64,000 nucleotides of DNA. It comes from a bacterium. Lineage in GTDB: Bacteria > Hinthialibacterota > Hinthialibacteria > Hinthialibacterales > Hinthialibacteraceae. The stretch covers positions 16,010 to 80,009 of the forward strand of contig CAXXSM010000091.1 in the NCBI GenBank assembly GCA_963663405.2, given 5' to 3'. Below the pieces are notes generated by a model. That model saw nothing but the letters and a program-made list of their open reading frames with translations, had not been told where the DNA came from and searched no databases. Position 1 is the stretch's first letter, and every line of letters begins with the position of its first letter. This document shows, one piece after another, positions 1 to 9,511 of this stretch. A program made the translations under genes and the position numbers.

Positions 1-213
1 TAAATTAACAAGCGAATAAAATATCCCGCGCCCGCTGATCGTTTCGAAGTTGATGAGATTTAAATAAAAACCCTTTACAATAGAATAATAATTCGGACAG
101 ATAACAAACAACGCGGCGCCCAACACAACAAATAAAATAACAAACGTACGGGGCTGCCGTATTTTTCGTATCAATTCCCGCATGATAATAGGATTGTAGA
201 TAACACTGTTCAT
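1..213 (-). CDS. N-terminal part of an ABC-2 type transporter permease (runs off the window)
   Basis: ATG at 213-211 reads MNSVIYNPIIMRELIRKIRQPRTFVILFVVLGAALFV..., the NP-x-x-x-REL-x4-R start followed by a TM helix that is typical of ABC-2 permeases; frame open to the window edge; absent from the ORF track. Confidence 0.65.
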   Translation of the reverse strand, partial: MNSVIYNPIIMRELIRKIRQPRTFVILFVVLGAALFVICPNYYSIVKGFYLNLINFETISGRGIFYSLVNL

Positions 214-442
214 CTTTTACTATTCAACCTTCCTAGAAACAAACAACAACTCATCTCTTTTCTTAAAAACCTTCCCTAAACCGAGAATTATCAAATAGTA
301 AGTAACATTTCATATAGATTTATCCACCGATAGTCTACACATGATTCCCCCCAATCGATACGTTCCTATACGCCCGATCACTTATAGCAAAGTGAGAGAG
401 CGCCATTTAATAATGGAATAAACGAGTGATGGATTCAATTGG

Positions 443-535
443 TTTATATGAAAATAAGTCTCTAGGACTATCTCATTCGCAAACTCTTCCGCGACTCATT
501 TTCATCTGCGGTTGGGATCTCAATCACAATGATTC
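443..535 (+). repeat. Dispersed intergenic repeat family A, copy 1
   Basis: tttatatgaaaataagtc...gactcattttcatctgcggttgggatctcaatcacaatg aligns by eye with 26353-26450 (+) and 32224-32318 (-). Confidence 0.85.
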
Positions 536-594
536 AAGTGAAATGAAGATCAGAAAATGAATGGAGGATCTCTATCGATATCTTACGTTAATTC

Positions 595-3500
595 TTATTC
601 CACACGCTGAATGCGGGGCGCAAGTTCAACATCACGGGTTGAATCCGTTCCGTAGTAGGGTATGTTGACCGGGAACGGCACAGCGGGAAATCCGTCAATG
701 ATACGAATATCGTCACTCGTAGTGTCCCCATACGCGGGCGCGTACCGGGTGGATTGTCCGCCAGTGTGAATCCCTCCAAAGCCATCAAACAAGAAGATCC
801 CCACACGCCGTCCACTTGTAGGAACGGTCCTGCCGGATTCATCTAAACCATAAATTGGAGTTTCACTGATTTCCAATTCGAAATCGCGCGCGATATCCAT
901 CGAGAAACCCGTCTGCGCTTTTCCAAACGGAAATAGAGAACTGATATACTCTTCCACTTCATCTGTGTATTCAACATCCGCGAATGGGACGAAAGAAATG
1001 ATCCCATCGCCTCTCATAATCCCCAATCCAATGAATTGACTGCCTTGGGCATCCGGGATTAATTCCATGTCCCGGTAACTCATCCCATCTTGCATGATAA
1101 TAGGTGGAAGAAAATCAGAATTGAGAGCTGGCGCGTTTCCGACGACATATATAAACCCAAGATTATCGAGAACATACGCGCCCCACCCTACCAAGCTGCG
1201 GCTGTAGAGGCTGTTGGTTAACGTGATGTGCCGTCCACGATAAATCTCGAGATCGACGGCGATAGAATTTTCAGTGAAATCAGCGGAAGGAGAGTTTTCT
1301 TCCAAGAGAGCGGACGCGCTTCCTTCCGCATATATATTCCCATACCGGTCGAGTACGTAAAAACCATCGTTGCCAGCCGGTTCTAGATCAATAAGAGTAG
1401 GGAGATAAGAGACAACAAAGCCATTTTCAAAAATGGGGAGAAGCGGAATTGAATCCCCCTTATAGAATCGATAATTCACATTATCATTTGGATTGTTATT
1501 GATATCGATCCCTCCATTGTTTGGCCCTCCTGTCGCTCCTAACCGCGTGACAACCGGTGGGAGAAACATGCCAAGACTTCCGCCCATTAAATAGTAAACT
1601 CCCTCCGAGCCATTCCCATCCGGATCAATTTCACCAGAAAATTCCATGTCCTGCGCAATGGGGTACGCTTCCCCACCGATCATCAATAATGGCGCTAAAA
1701 CATCTGAATCGGGGATTCCATCCAGCGTTTCCTCATCTACCAATATTCCTTCCGCGTTGGTAATCCCTATATCAAAGTTATGCACCGCGGCGCCGCGTGG
1801 GAACGTTCCACCAATCTCGTCAAACGACACCAATCCCAATTCCGGATTGACCTGAATCGCCGTCGGTGTTGGTGAAGGAGAATCCACTGGTGTCGGATTA
1901 ATAGGTATAGTTGGCGCTTGCGTCGGCGTCTCAGTGATAGGTCGCGCCGTAGGTGTTTTCGTAGGCGCTTTTGTGGGAACTACAGTAAATGTAGGCGCCT
2001 TAGTGGGGACTTGTGTCGGTCTTACAGTAGGCGTTTTCGTCGGTGTCTTTGTAGGTCTCCGCGTTGGTGTTTTCGTCGGACGAGGAGTCATTGTTGGCGT
2101 TTTTGTTGACGTTGGTATGATACGAGTTGGAGTCGGAGTTGGAGTTGAATCAACGTTGTCTTGAGACACCGTTTCAATTGTGAATGTAAGATCCTCGCTT
2201 CCCAAATTCCGCACAACTATAAAATACGACACGGATTCCAACGCAAGATCACCTCTTGGTCCAAGGATAACTTCCGCGTGTCCTTCCTTACCGGAAGCTG
2301 TTGCAGGATCATAGGAATAAACGGGTTTCCCTTTTTTTACTACGAGTTCAAATGGAACAGTAGTTTGCCGGGTGTCGACAATTATCAAAATCGATTTTTC
2401 ATTACCAGTTGGGACAAACAAATATTGAAACAACGCGTCGTTTTTTGAGGAAATCCCTCCAATCTCTATTGTATTTAAACCTAGGATTTGAACTTCGCGT
2501 TCGTCATCGGAAACACTTTCTTCTCCCACATGAATATCAATATCCGATGTGGTTTCCCCTGCGCGAACCACGACCGGATCCCAAACACTACGACCAATAT
2601 TAGACAAAGAATCCTTGTGATAAAACTGCGGTGGAGGTGGATTTCTAAATGAAAAATCACTCGACCAACGAGTATAGGGACCGACACCGGAGGCGCCAAA
2701 AAAATATAAATCCACTGGCTCAATAAATAGTTCATATTCCCCCGCCGGGAGTCCATAAAACTCGAATGATCCCATATTCGCTTCGTAGACACCTGTTACA
2801 GTGGAATAGATTTTCTTCGAGACCGCGCCAATTTCCCGGATGACAACATTAATACCGGGAAGTTCCTCTCCATTTCGATACACAATCCCATAGATATTGC
2901 CTCTCCCCTTTTCCATTGAAGGCGCGGGATAGAGGTTTGAGACAGCCAATCGGTCATCATCCGTTAATTCAGTTCGCACGGAATCATCATCCGCGGCTGT
3001 GGGGAACATGATGGGCACATAAAGATCGTTGGCGGCGACTCCATCATACGCGAGATGACGGAAAAACTGCGCGTGATCCAATCCGATGAAATGCCCGAAT
3101 TCATGAATCAGCGTTGATAGTAATTCCGATGGACCTATTTCGTATTTTTTTAAAATATATCCATTAAAAACCGCTTCCGCAGAGGTATACTCTCCCCCTC
3201 CCCATGAGGTAGGCCCTGCGAATCCTAAATATTCTTCTTTGGCTCCATCTCCATATAAATCATCAATGATTGAACCATCATCATCAAAAATGATGGCATT
3301 AAATTTTGGATCATTATTTCCAAATAGTTCATAATAATTCTTATTCGTTACATCAACGGGCAAATTTTCCCCACGCTCAATAACAATGGATGCGGTATCC
3401 ACAGATGTCCAGATTGAAAAGGCTTTTTCAACTAATTCAACCGCCTCTTCATGAGAGAATGGACCCAAAGAGCCTAAATCCACATTATATGTGATCGGAA

Positions 3501-3630
3501 ATGAACGGTCCGGCCAAACAACAGGTACGCCGGAAAGCACATCGGTCGGTCCGCCAGCCCTTGCGATAGGATGGGGAAAAAATAATAAAACAAATAAAAT
3601 CAGAGAAATACAACGCAAGTTTTTATTCAT
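595..3630 (-). CDS. Secreted matrixin-like (M10, metzincin) metalloprotease with carboxypeptidase-regulatory-like domain, Pro/Thr linker and C-terminal repeat domain
   Basis: Signal peptide ending ARA-G; zinc motif [11 protein letters not shown]; Met-turn PIMFP; [13 protein letters not shown] domain; long TPTKTPT linker; C-terminal G-x-Y-V-L-D-x-x-G repeats. Confidence 0.85.
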   Translation of the reverse strand: MNKNLRCISLILFVLLFFPHPIARAGGPTDVLSGVPVVWPDRSFPITYNVDLGSLGPFSHEEAVELVEKAFSIWTSVDTASIVIERGENLPVDVTNKNYYELFGNNDPKFNAIIFDDDGSIIDDLYGDGAKEEYLGFAGPTSWGGGEYTSAEAVFNGYILKKYEIGPSELLSTLIHEFGHFIGLDHAQFFRHLAYDGVAANDLYVPIMFPTAADDDSVRTELTDDDRLAVSNLYPAPSMEKGRGNIYGIVYRNGEELPGINVVIREIGAVSKKIYSTVTGVYEANMGSFEFYGLPAGEYELFIEPVDLYFFGASGVGPYTRWSSDFSFRNPPPPQFYHKDSLSNIGRSVWDPVVVRAGETTSDIDIHVGEESVSDDEREVQILGLNTIEIGGISSKNDALFQYLFVPTGNEKSILIIVDTRQTTVPFELVVKKGKPVYSYDPATASGKEGHAEVILGPRGDLALESVSYFIVVRNLGSEDLTFTIETVSQDNVDSTPTPTPTRIIPTSTKTPTMTPRPTKTPTRRPTKTPTKTPTVRPTQVPTKAPTFTVVPTKAPTKTPTARPITETPTQAPTIPINPTPVDSPSPTPTAIQVNPELGLVSFDEIGGTFPRGAAVHNFDIGITNAEGILVDEETLDGIPDSDVLAPLLMIGGEAYPIAQDMEFSGEIDPDGNGSEGVYYLMGGSLGMFLPPVVTRLGATGGPNNGGIDINNNPNDNVNYRFYKGDSIPLLPIFENGFVVSYLPTLIDLEPAGNDGFYVLDRYGNIYAEGSASALLEENSPSADFTENSIAVDLEIYRGRHITLTNSLYSRSLVGWGAYVLDNLGFIYVVGNAPALNSDFLPPIIMQDGMSYRDMELIPDAQGSQFIGLGIMRGDGIISFVPFADVEYTDEVEEYISSLFPFGKAQTGFSMDIARDFELEISETPIYGLDESGRTVPTSGRRVGIFLFDGFGGIHTGGQSTRYAPAYGDTTSDDIRIIDGFPAVPFPVNIPYYGTDSTRDVELAPRIQRVE
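1858..2150 (-). repeat. Pro/Thr-rich low-complexity linker inside the metalloprotease gene
   Basis: Encodes [41 protein letters not shown]...; degenerate at DNA level. Confidence 0.85.
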
Positions 3631-4101
3631 CCAAACCTTTTAAAAACTAGCCAAATATATTTGATTTTGTTTCTGCAATTTCTTTCAAGGCGTGTTTTCA
3701 GATTGGCCATGTAAGAATCTAACGAATTCATTTTAAGAATTTCGCAAAAACAATATATAACAAAGATTAAAAAACGGCTATTTATTCATTCAAAATGACT
3801 CGGAGACAAACAGTAACCAACAATAATACAAGCAAATTCCGTTTAACCGAGCTTTGTCCTGTAGAAACATCATCAAATAATGCTATCCTCTTTTGTCTTA
3901 TCGGCTTGAAAGATTGTCAACTCAAATTTCATCATGTAAAATTTAACGAAAAGGTATTTCACTCTAGAATAGAATCATGAAACTCGACGTTGGGTTCACG
4001 TACCAACCGTTATATGTTCTTTATTGAAATCGTATTCACTATATCTTAAAAATCGCAAATGACCACTAAATTCATTTTACAATAAATATCAGAATATTGC
4101 A

Positions 4102-4653
4102 ATGAGAAAAAAAATATTCATAGGATTATCAATCTTCTGTTTTTTCTTCAATCTATTCGCAGTGAATTACGTTACGAAAAGCATCCAAAATTATATAAAA
4201 AATTATGATTGGCCTTCTTTTAACGCTTGGTTGTATCCCTTTTTATTCTTTTTCGCTGGCGTTTTATGCGGAATGATTTTAATCCGCTGTCTGATACAAA
4301 GACCGAATTTAATAGAGATAATCATTGCATCTTATGGATTATTACTATTATTTTTTGTTCTAAACAATTCGTTACTCCTCACAACAGAATTAATACATTT
4401 ACCTCAATTTGCTATACTTACGATACTTTTATTAAACGCATTTCCAGAGGATGCGATTCTAGCTGTGATGTGGAGCGCGATAGCCTGTATCTTAGATGAA
4501 TGGTTTCAATCTTTTACACCTAATCGAGTATTGGATATCAACGATGTATTTCTCAACTTTTCCGGTCTGTTCCTTGGCGTAGTCTTTGTATGGACTCTCT
4601 CTCTTTCCAAGCCGCCGGAAAAAAACGATTCATCATTTGATCGCTCCATCTAA
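4102..4653 (+). CDS. VanZ family membrane protein
   Basis: Several TM helices; ELIHLPQFAIL and ILDEWFQSFTPNRVLDINDVFLNFSG match the VanZ H...DE-x-x-Q-x-x-x-P-x-R...D-x-x-x-N pattern. Confidence 0.85.
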   Translation: MRKKIFIGLSIFCFFFNLFAVNYVTKSIQNYIKNYDWPSFNAWLYPFLFFFAGVLCGMILIRCLIQRPNLIEIIIASYGLLLLFFVLNNSLLLTTELIHLPQFAILTILLLNAFPEDAILAVMWSAIACILDEWFQSFTPNRVLDINDVFLNFSGLFLGVVFVWTLSLSKPPEKNDSSFDRSI

Positions 4654-5052
4654 ATATTCGAGGTCTGGAAAGGGAGATGGATCATAGCGTTTTGGTGGTT
4701 TTTCCGATAATCTAAAAAAATAGGAACACCACCACTGTTCCTCCATCAATCCCGGTTCTGTTTCACGAACGATTAAAAAACGGGGTTGAAAACCTCGAAT
4801 ATCCTCCTCCTGTTCTGGAAGGCTATTCCAGCGAAAATCCTTTACTACACCAATATATTGCCCCAATTTTCCGATATTCCGGCAGGCGAATCCAGAGGAA
4901 TACGCATACTGACCAATGCTCTCTTTCATACTCCGAAAAGCGATCCATTGCTGAATAAGAACAATCAATAAAATTAGAGGGATTCCCCACAAAGCGGATT
5001 TATATAGAATAAGTTTACATTTTTGCTTTAAGGGCATTCGGTCTGATTCCAT
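4633..5052 (-). CDS. Hypothetical protein with one N-terminal TM helix
   Basis: 139-aa ORF with hydrophobic segment ALWGIPLILLIVLIQQW; fills the gap between two real genes. Confidence 0.6.
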   Translation of the reverse strand: MESDRMPLKQKCKLILYKSALWGIPLILLIVLIQQWIAFRSMKESIGQYAYSSGFACRNIGKLGQYIGVVKDFRWNSLPEQEEDIRGFQPRFLIVRETEPGLMEEQWWCSYFFRLSEKPPKRYDPSPFPDLEYLDGAIK

Positions 5053-5081
5053 TTCATTTTAACAAAGAATTGATTTGATTA

Positions 5082-7076
5082 TTGAGACAAGAAGATTGTA
5101 TTATGAGTTTAATAAACCTTCGATTACTCTTCCGATTACTCTTCCTAACTTTATTGATAAGCCGGATAGTGTATGCCGATCCGATTTCCCCACCTATTAT
5201 AACCAAAGAACTGCGTGAACTGATCGGCGCTGCAATAGAGTATAAGCTAGATTGTATCTGTATCGAAGATTCATATATTCAACTCTCCTCTGATATTGAG
5301 TTACCGCCCCTACAAAAAATTCTGCTCAAAAAACCGTTCGATTCGATCGATATCGTGTACAGGCTTTGTGACCTGCTCCGTAAAAATCCAGATAATCTCA
5401 CTTACCTTTTGATGAACAGTTCAATTCTCATCCAACAACCGGTTGGACGATTTAAAAATGATTTCAAAATCAATCGAACCGCGTCATTAGAACAATTGAA
5501 AGAGTCTTTGTCTCAATCCGGAGTAAACACTGGGATGCAAGACATTGAGACTCTCTTCGGGGAATCTGACGAATTGATTCTTTTCCTCGATGGATTCCTG
5601 CGCGTCCTCCTAGAGTCCTTCCCAAAACTGCTTGATGCCCGGAGGCGGATTGGGGAAACGGCGGCTCTCGATATCTTGGAATCTCTGGCGCTTCAAGAGG
5701 AAGAGTGGGAAGTGGAACAAACAGAGATCATGAAGAATCTTGTGGATTCATCTCATCTCCGTTCGCTCTCAAGAGCAAGTCTTTCGATCATTCATTTTAT
5801 CACTCTATACATTGAAAAACCAGATTTATTGGAAAACCTTTCCATAATGAAAAATTATTTAATCCATACGAATTTCGGAGATATCGCAATCACCGGAAGT
5901 GAGGATAACGAACATCATTTCAATAAGCCTCCACTTCTAATTCTCGATTTAGGCGGTGATGACAACTATAAAGGCGCATACGCGCAAGCGGATTGTTCAA
6001 TTCCCCTCTCAATAGTGATCGATTGCAACGGCGCCGACCGATACGAGAGTCATTCAGAAACAATGGGAACGGGATCCGCATTCTGTGGATGTTCCGCGTT
6101 GATCGACCTTGGCGCCGGCTCGGATTGCTACATTGGAGGAAAACGCTGCTTCGGATTTGCCTTCGCAGGAATAAGCGTTATCTACAACGCTTCTGGAGAT
6201 ACTCAATACAAAGCCGATTCCCTCTGTTTCGGCGCCGCAAATTATGGAATCAGCCTTTCGATCGATCGCGAAGGAAACGATCAGTACGAAACCTTTCATT
6301 CCTCAATGGGCTTTGGCGGACTGGGCGGAATTGGAGTCATTCTAAACAGCGCAGGCAATGATACATACATCGCTTCCGCCACCCCTCTCGTCAATCCTTC
6401 AGCGCAGCTCCCTGACCAGAATTTTTCAGGAAGTCAGGGATTCGGGATCGGTCTTTGGGGCTCAATGGGGGATGGAATTTCAATTACAGGCGGATTAGGG
6501 ATAGCAATCGACAATTCTGGAGACGATACCTATCAAGCCAGTGTGTTTTCACAAGGCGCCGGTTACGCATTCGGAATAGGGATTCTGGCCGATTTCGCTG
6601 GCTCGGACCAGTACGAAACGTCGTGGTATGGGATGGGATCGGCGGCGCATCAAGCGTGCGGATTTTTAATCGACGCGACAGGCAATGACACATATATCGC
6701 CACACATTTCATGACAGGAGGAGCTGGAATCGATCTCTCCCTTGGCTATTTCGCTGATTTAAACGGAAATGATACCTACAAAGCAAAAAACTCCTCTTTT
6801 GGATTCAGCCTAGACAATGCGTTCGCGCTCTTCTTTGATGAACGGGGCAATGATCACTATCAATTACTCGATCAATTTGGATTTGGTTTTTCAAAAAACG
6901 AACGAGCTTCCACACTGCGGGGATTATGGCCGACGTATTCGTTTTTCATTGACCATTATGGGAACGATCAATATGAAACGACGCGTTGCAAGAACAATCT
7001 CTCCTGGATCTTCAACGATGAAATAAACGTTGAATCTACTCTCTTGAACATTTCTTTTGGGATCGATTTAGAATGA
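5082..7076 (+). CDS. Secreted protein with ~12 Gly-rich D-x-x-G-[ND]-D-x-Y repeats (probable Ca-binding beta-solenoid); likely start 5103
   Basis: Signal peptide ending VYA-D; repeats DLGGDDNY, DCNGADRY, DREGNDQY, NSAGNDTY, DNSGDDTY, DFAGSDQY, DATGNDTY, DLNGNDTY, DERGNDHY, DHYGNDQY. Confidence 0.8.
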   Translation: MRQEDCIMSLINLRLLFRLLFLTLLISRIVYADPISPPIITKELRELIGAAIEYKLDCICIEDSYIQLSSDIELPPLQKILLKKPFDSIDIVYRLCDLLRKNPDNLTYLLMNSSILIQQPVGRFKNDFKINRTASLEQLKESLSQSGVNTGMQDIETLFGESDELILFLDGFLRVLLESFPKLLDARRRIGETAALDILESLALQEEEWEVEQTEIMKNLVDSSHLRSLSRASLSIIHFITLYIEKPDLLENLSIMKNYLIHTNFGDIAITGSEDNEHHFNKPPLLILDLGGDDNYKGAYAQADCSIPLSIVIDCNGADRYESHSETMGTGSAFCGCSALIDLGAGSDCYIGGKRCFGFAFAGISVIYNASGDTQYKADSLCFGAANYGISLSIDREGNDQYETFHSSMGFGGLGGIGVILNSAGNDTYIASATPLVNPSAQLPDQNFSGSQGFGIGLWGSMGDGISITGGLGIAIDNSGDDTYQASVFSQGAGYAFGIGILADFAGSDQYETSWYGMGSAAHQACGFLIDATGNDTYIATHFMTGGAGIDLSLGYFADLNGNDTYKAKNSSFGFSLDNAFALFFDERGNDHYQLLDQFGFGFSKNERASTLRGLWPTYSFFIDHYGNDQYETTRCKNNLSWIFNDEINVESTLLNISFGIDLE

Positions 7077-7661
7077 AAACATATAAGAAATTCGATACAA
7101 AGAAACACAAAGAAAAAGAACCAGCAAGAAAACCTGTTTCGGCTTATCCTCATTTGAAATCCACCACATGAGCCCGGCTATTCCCAGCATGATGGATTCG
7201 ATGATAAGAAACCAGGGAATAAATACTTGCTTCACCAAGCCGGAAAATTCCTTCCCTTCAACGATATTTTGTACTACTTCAACACTTGCTTGCGTCACAT
7301 TTGGGGCGTCTGGCCATTCATAGGATAAAAATGGATAGAACCAAGGGATAAATCCAATATCACCGAACAAGTGTAAGAGATGTCCAACCGCCCACCCGAT
7401 CCCCCATTGTTCCCCTTTCCAAAAATAACAAAGGGACGAAAAAACAACCACGGAAAGAAGAGTGTGAAACCAGCAGCGGCCATAGGGAGCCAAAGCAATA
7501 ACGTCGGTCATGACCTTATCGACTATATCGGGAAGAAAAGTGGCCGCGAGAACGGGAAATAATGGAGTGGAAGTAATCCTAGCCCCGGTAAGACCTAATG
7601 CGAGATGTCCTGGAATTGGATACATAATTATTTTCTGTCGATAGCCCTCTCGAAATGGCAT
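7068..7661 (-). CDS. Membrane-bound metal-dependent hydrolase (YdjM-like); likely start at MYPIPGH (7625)
   Basis: GH...LPDIVDK...GRCWFHTLL...GHLLHLFGD motif series. Confidence 0.8.
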   Translation of the reverse strand: MPFREGYRQKIIMYPIPGHLALGLTGARITSTPLFPVLAATFLPDIVDKVMTDVIALAPYGRCWFHTLLSVVVFSSLCYFWKGEQWGIGWAVGHLLHLFGDIGFIPWFYPFLSYEWPDAPNVTQASVEVVQNIVEGKEFSGLVKQVFIPWFLIIESIMLGIAGLMWWISNEDKPKQVFLLVLFLCVSLYRISYMFSF

Positions 7662-8467
7662 GATTTCGAGTCATCGAATTTTTTATTTTGAATGTTTCCT
7701 TCTTGAATTACCTACATTTTTAATAAATGTACTTGACTTTTATTAAAAAACATTGTAAGTTGCTCTATATATAATACTTTTCACTGTAAACTCAAATAAA
7801 ATCAGTTAGTTATATCACAGTTTATTTTCATAAAACCAAGAAAAAAATTTTCGAAATACAACAAAAAGAAAGAAATATCTTAACTATTAATAAAATACAA
7901 ATTGAACGGTGTAATAATAACAAGATAATCCCTAAACAAGATAAATATCAAGGAATAAGCAATCGAAAAGAATTTTAGTCATAAACATGAGCGGCGCATA
8001 TTTTAAGCATAGACAAACTAAAATTCTGAAATGTCTTATTAATGAGGTGATATGAAAATTCTGCAGAGCGAATCACACCTCCATGGTGTATACAGTAATC
8101 CAATACACACCTATATATGGGTGTGTATAATTTAGTAATGATCTTGTTATCGTTTCGTCTTTTCTGGATCGGCTTTGTTATTGTTTTTCTGAATTATAGA
8201 AAATCACTGATTTTTTTTAATAATAAGTGGATATACTACATAGGAACTTGAGTAAAAAGGGAAGAAGAATTTCGACAAAGAACTGTCGCGATGGGGGCGA
8301 AGCCTATTTTAAAACGGTTCATGCTCCCAAGTCATGAATTATGAGAAGTATATTCATATCCCACTTTTCCAAATTTCATGGTATTATGATATAAAGAAAT
8401 AAAAAACGCCGGTTTTATATAACAAGTTCTTTTCGGCGGTCAATCTTTCTAAAAAAGTAAAAAAACT

Positions 8468-9415
8468 ATGTCAGTATTAGTAACTGGATCTGCTGGATTT
8501 ATCGCGAGTCAGCTCTCTGAACGGTTAATTGCGCAAGGAGAAACCGTAATCGGTGTGGATTCATTCAATCCGTATTACGATCCGGAGATCAAAAAAAACA
8601 ACCTAAGAGGGTTGATAGGACATGATCGATTCCAATTTTTCGAAGATGACTTAGTAACAATCGATCTCCATCCTTTATTAGATGGAGTGGACTGCATCTT
8701 CCATACAGCGGGACAACCTGGAGTACGTGGCAGTTGGGGTCCGCAATTCGATCTGTATACGCATAATAATATCTTGGCCACCCAGCGTCTTTTAGAAACG
8801 GTGAAAGAGTATGGAAAAGAAATTAAAATTATCTATTCCTCTTCTTCTTCCGTTTATGGGAATACAAAAGAACTGCCAACATCGGAAACCGCGCTCCCTC
8901 GGCCCTATTCTCCTTATGGAACCACAAAGCTCGCCGCGGAGCATTTATGTTTTCTGTATCATGCGAATTACGGAATTCCTATCGTTTCGTTGCGTTATTT
9001 CACCGTATACGGGCCGCGCCAACGTCCTGAAATGGCCTTCCATCTCTTCATCAAAGCGATGCTGCAAGGAACACCGATCACCGTATTAGGAGACGGATCC
9101 CAGACACGCGATTTCACTTATGTGGATGATATTGTCCACGCGAATCTGCTGGCGGCGGAGAAATCCGTAGAAGGAGAGATTTTCAACATTGGCGGGGGAA
9201 GCCGCCGGTCTTTACGCGACGTTCTGCAAACACTGGAGAATGTTACTCAATTGACTCCAATTATAGAATATAAACCGTCCATTAAAGGGGACGTCCGGGA
9301 CACCTCCGCCAATACAGAAAAAGCGCATAGTCTTTTAGAATACGAACCGGCGATTGCTCTCGAAGAAGGTCTCCGACGGCAATTTCTCTGGGAAAAACCA
9401 CTCTACGCCGACTAA
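8468..9415 (+). CDS. NAD-dependent nucleotide-sugar epimerase/dehydratase (extended SDR, UDP-glucuronate/UDP-glucose 4-epimerase-like)
   Basis: TGSAGFIAS Rossmann motif, SSSSVYG, catalytic YGTTK, LRYFTVYGPRQRP. Confidence 0.92.
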   Translation: MSVLVTGSAGFIASQLSERLIAQGETVIGVDSFNPYYDPEIKKNNLRGLIGHDRFQFFEDDLVTIDLHPLLDGVDCIFHTAGQPGVRGSWGPQFDLYTHNNILATQRLLETVKEYGKEIKIIYSSSSSVYGNTKELPTSETALPRPYSPYGTTKLAAEHLCFLYHANYGIPIVSLRYFTVYGPRQRPEMAFHLFIKAMLQGTPITVLGDGSQTRDFTYVDDIVHANLLAAEKSVEGEIFNIGGGSRRSLRDVLQTLENVTQLTPIIEYKPSIKGDVRDTSANTEKAHSLLEYEPAIALEEGLRRQFLWEKPLYAD

Positions 9416-9511
9416 TTTTTTTTCTGACATGATTGAGAATTCAACAAACTAAACCACTCATTTTTTGAATGAATCGATTTTGTATTCCTCACTTGAAAAG
9501 GAGAAAAAACG

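Noticed and set aside
1858-2150. Short tandem repeats resembling an array
   Set aside because: They are in-frame codon repeats for a Pro/Thr linker, with no constant repeat and unique spacer pattern, so not CRISPR.
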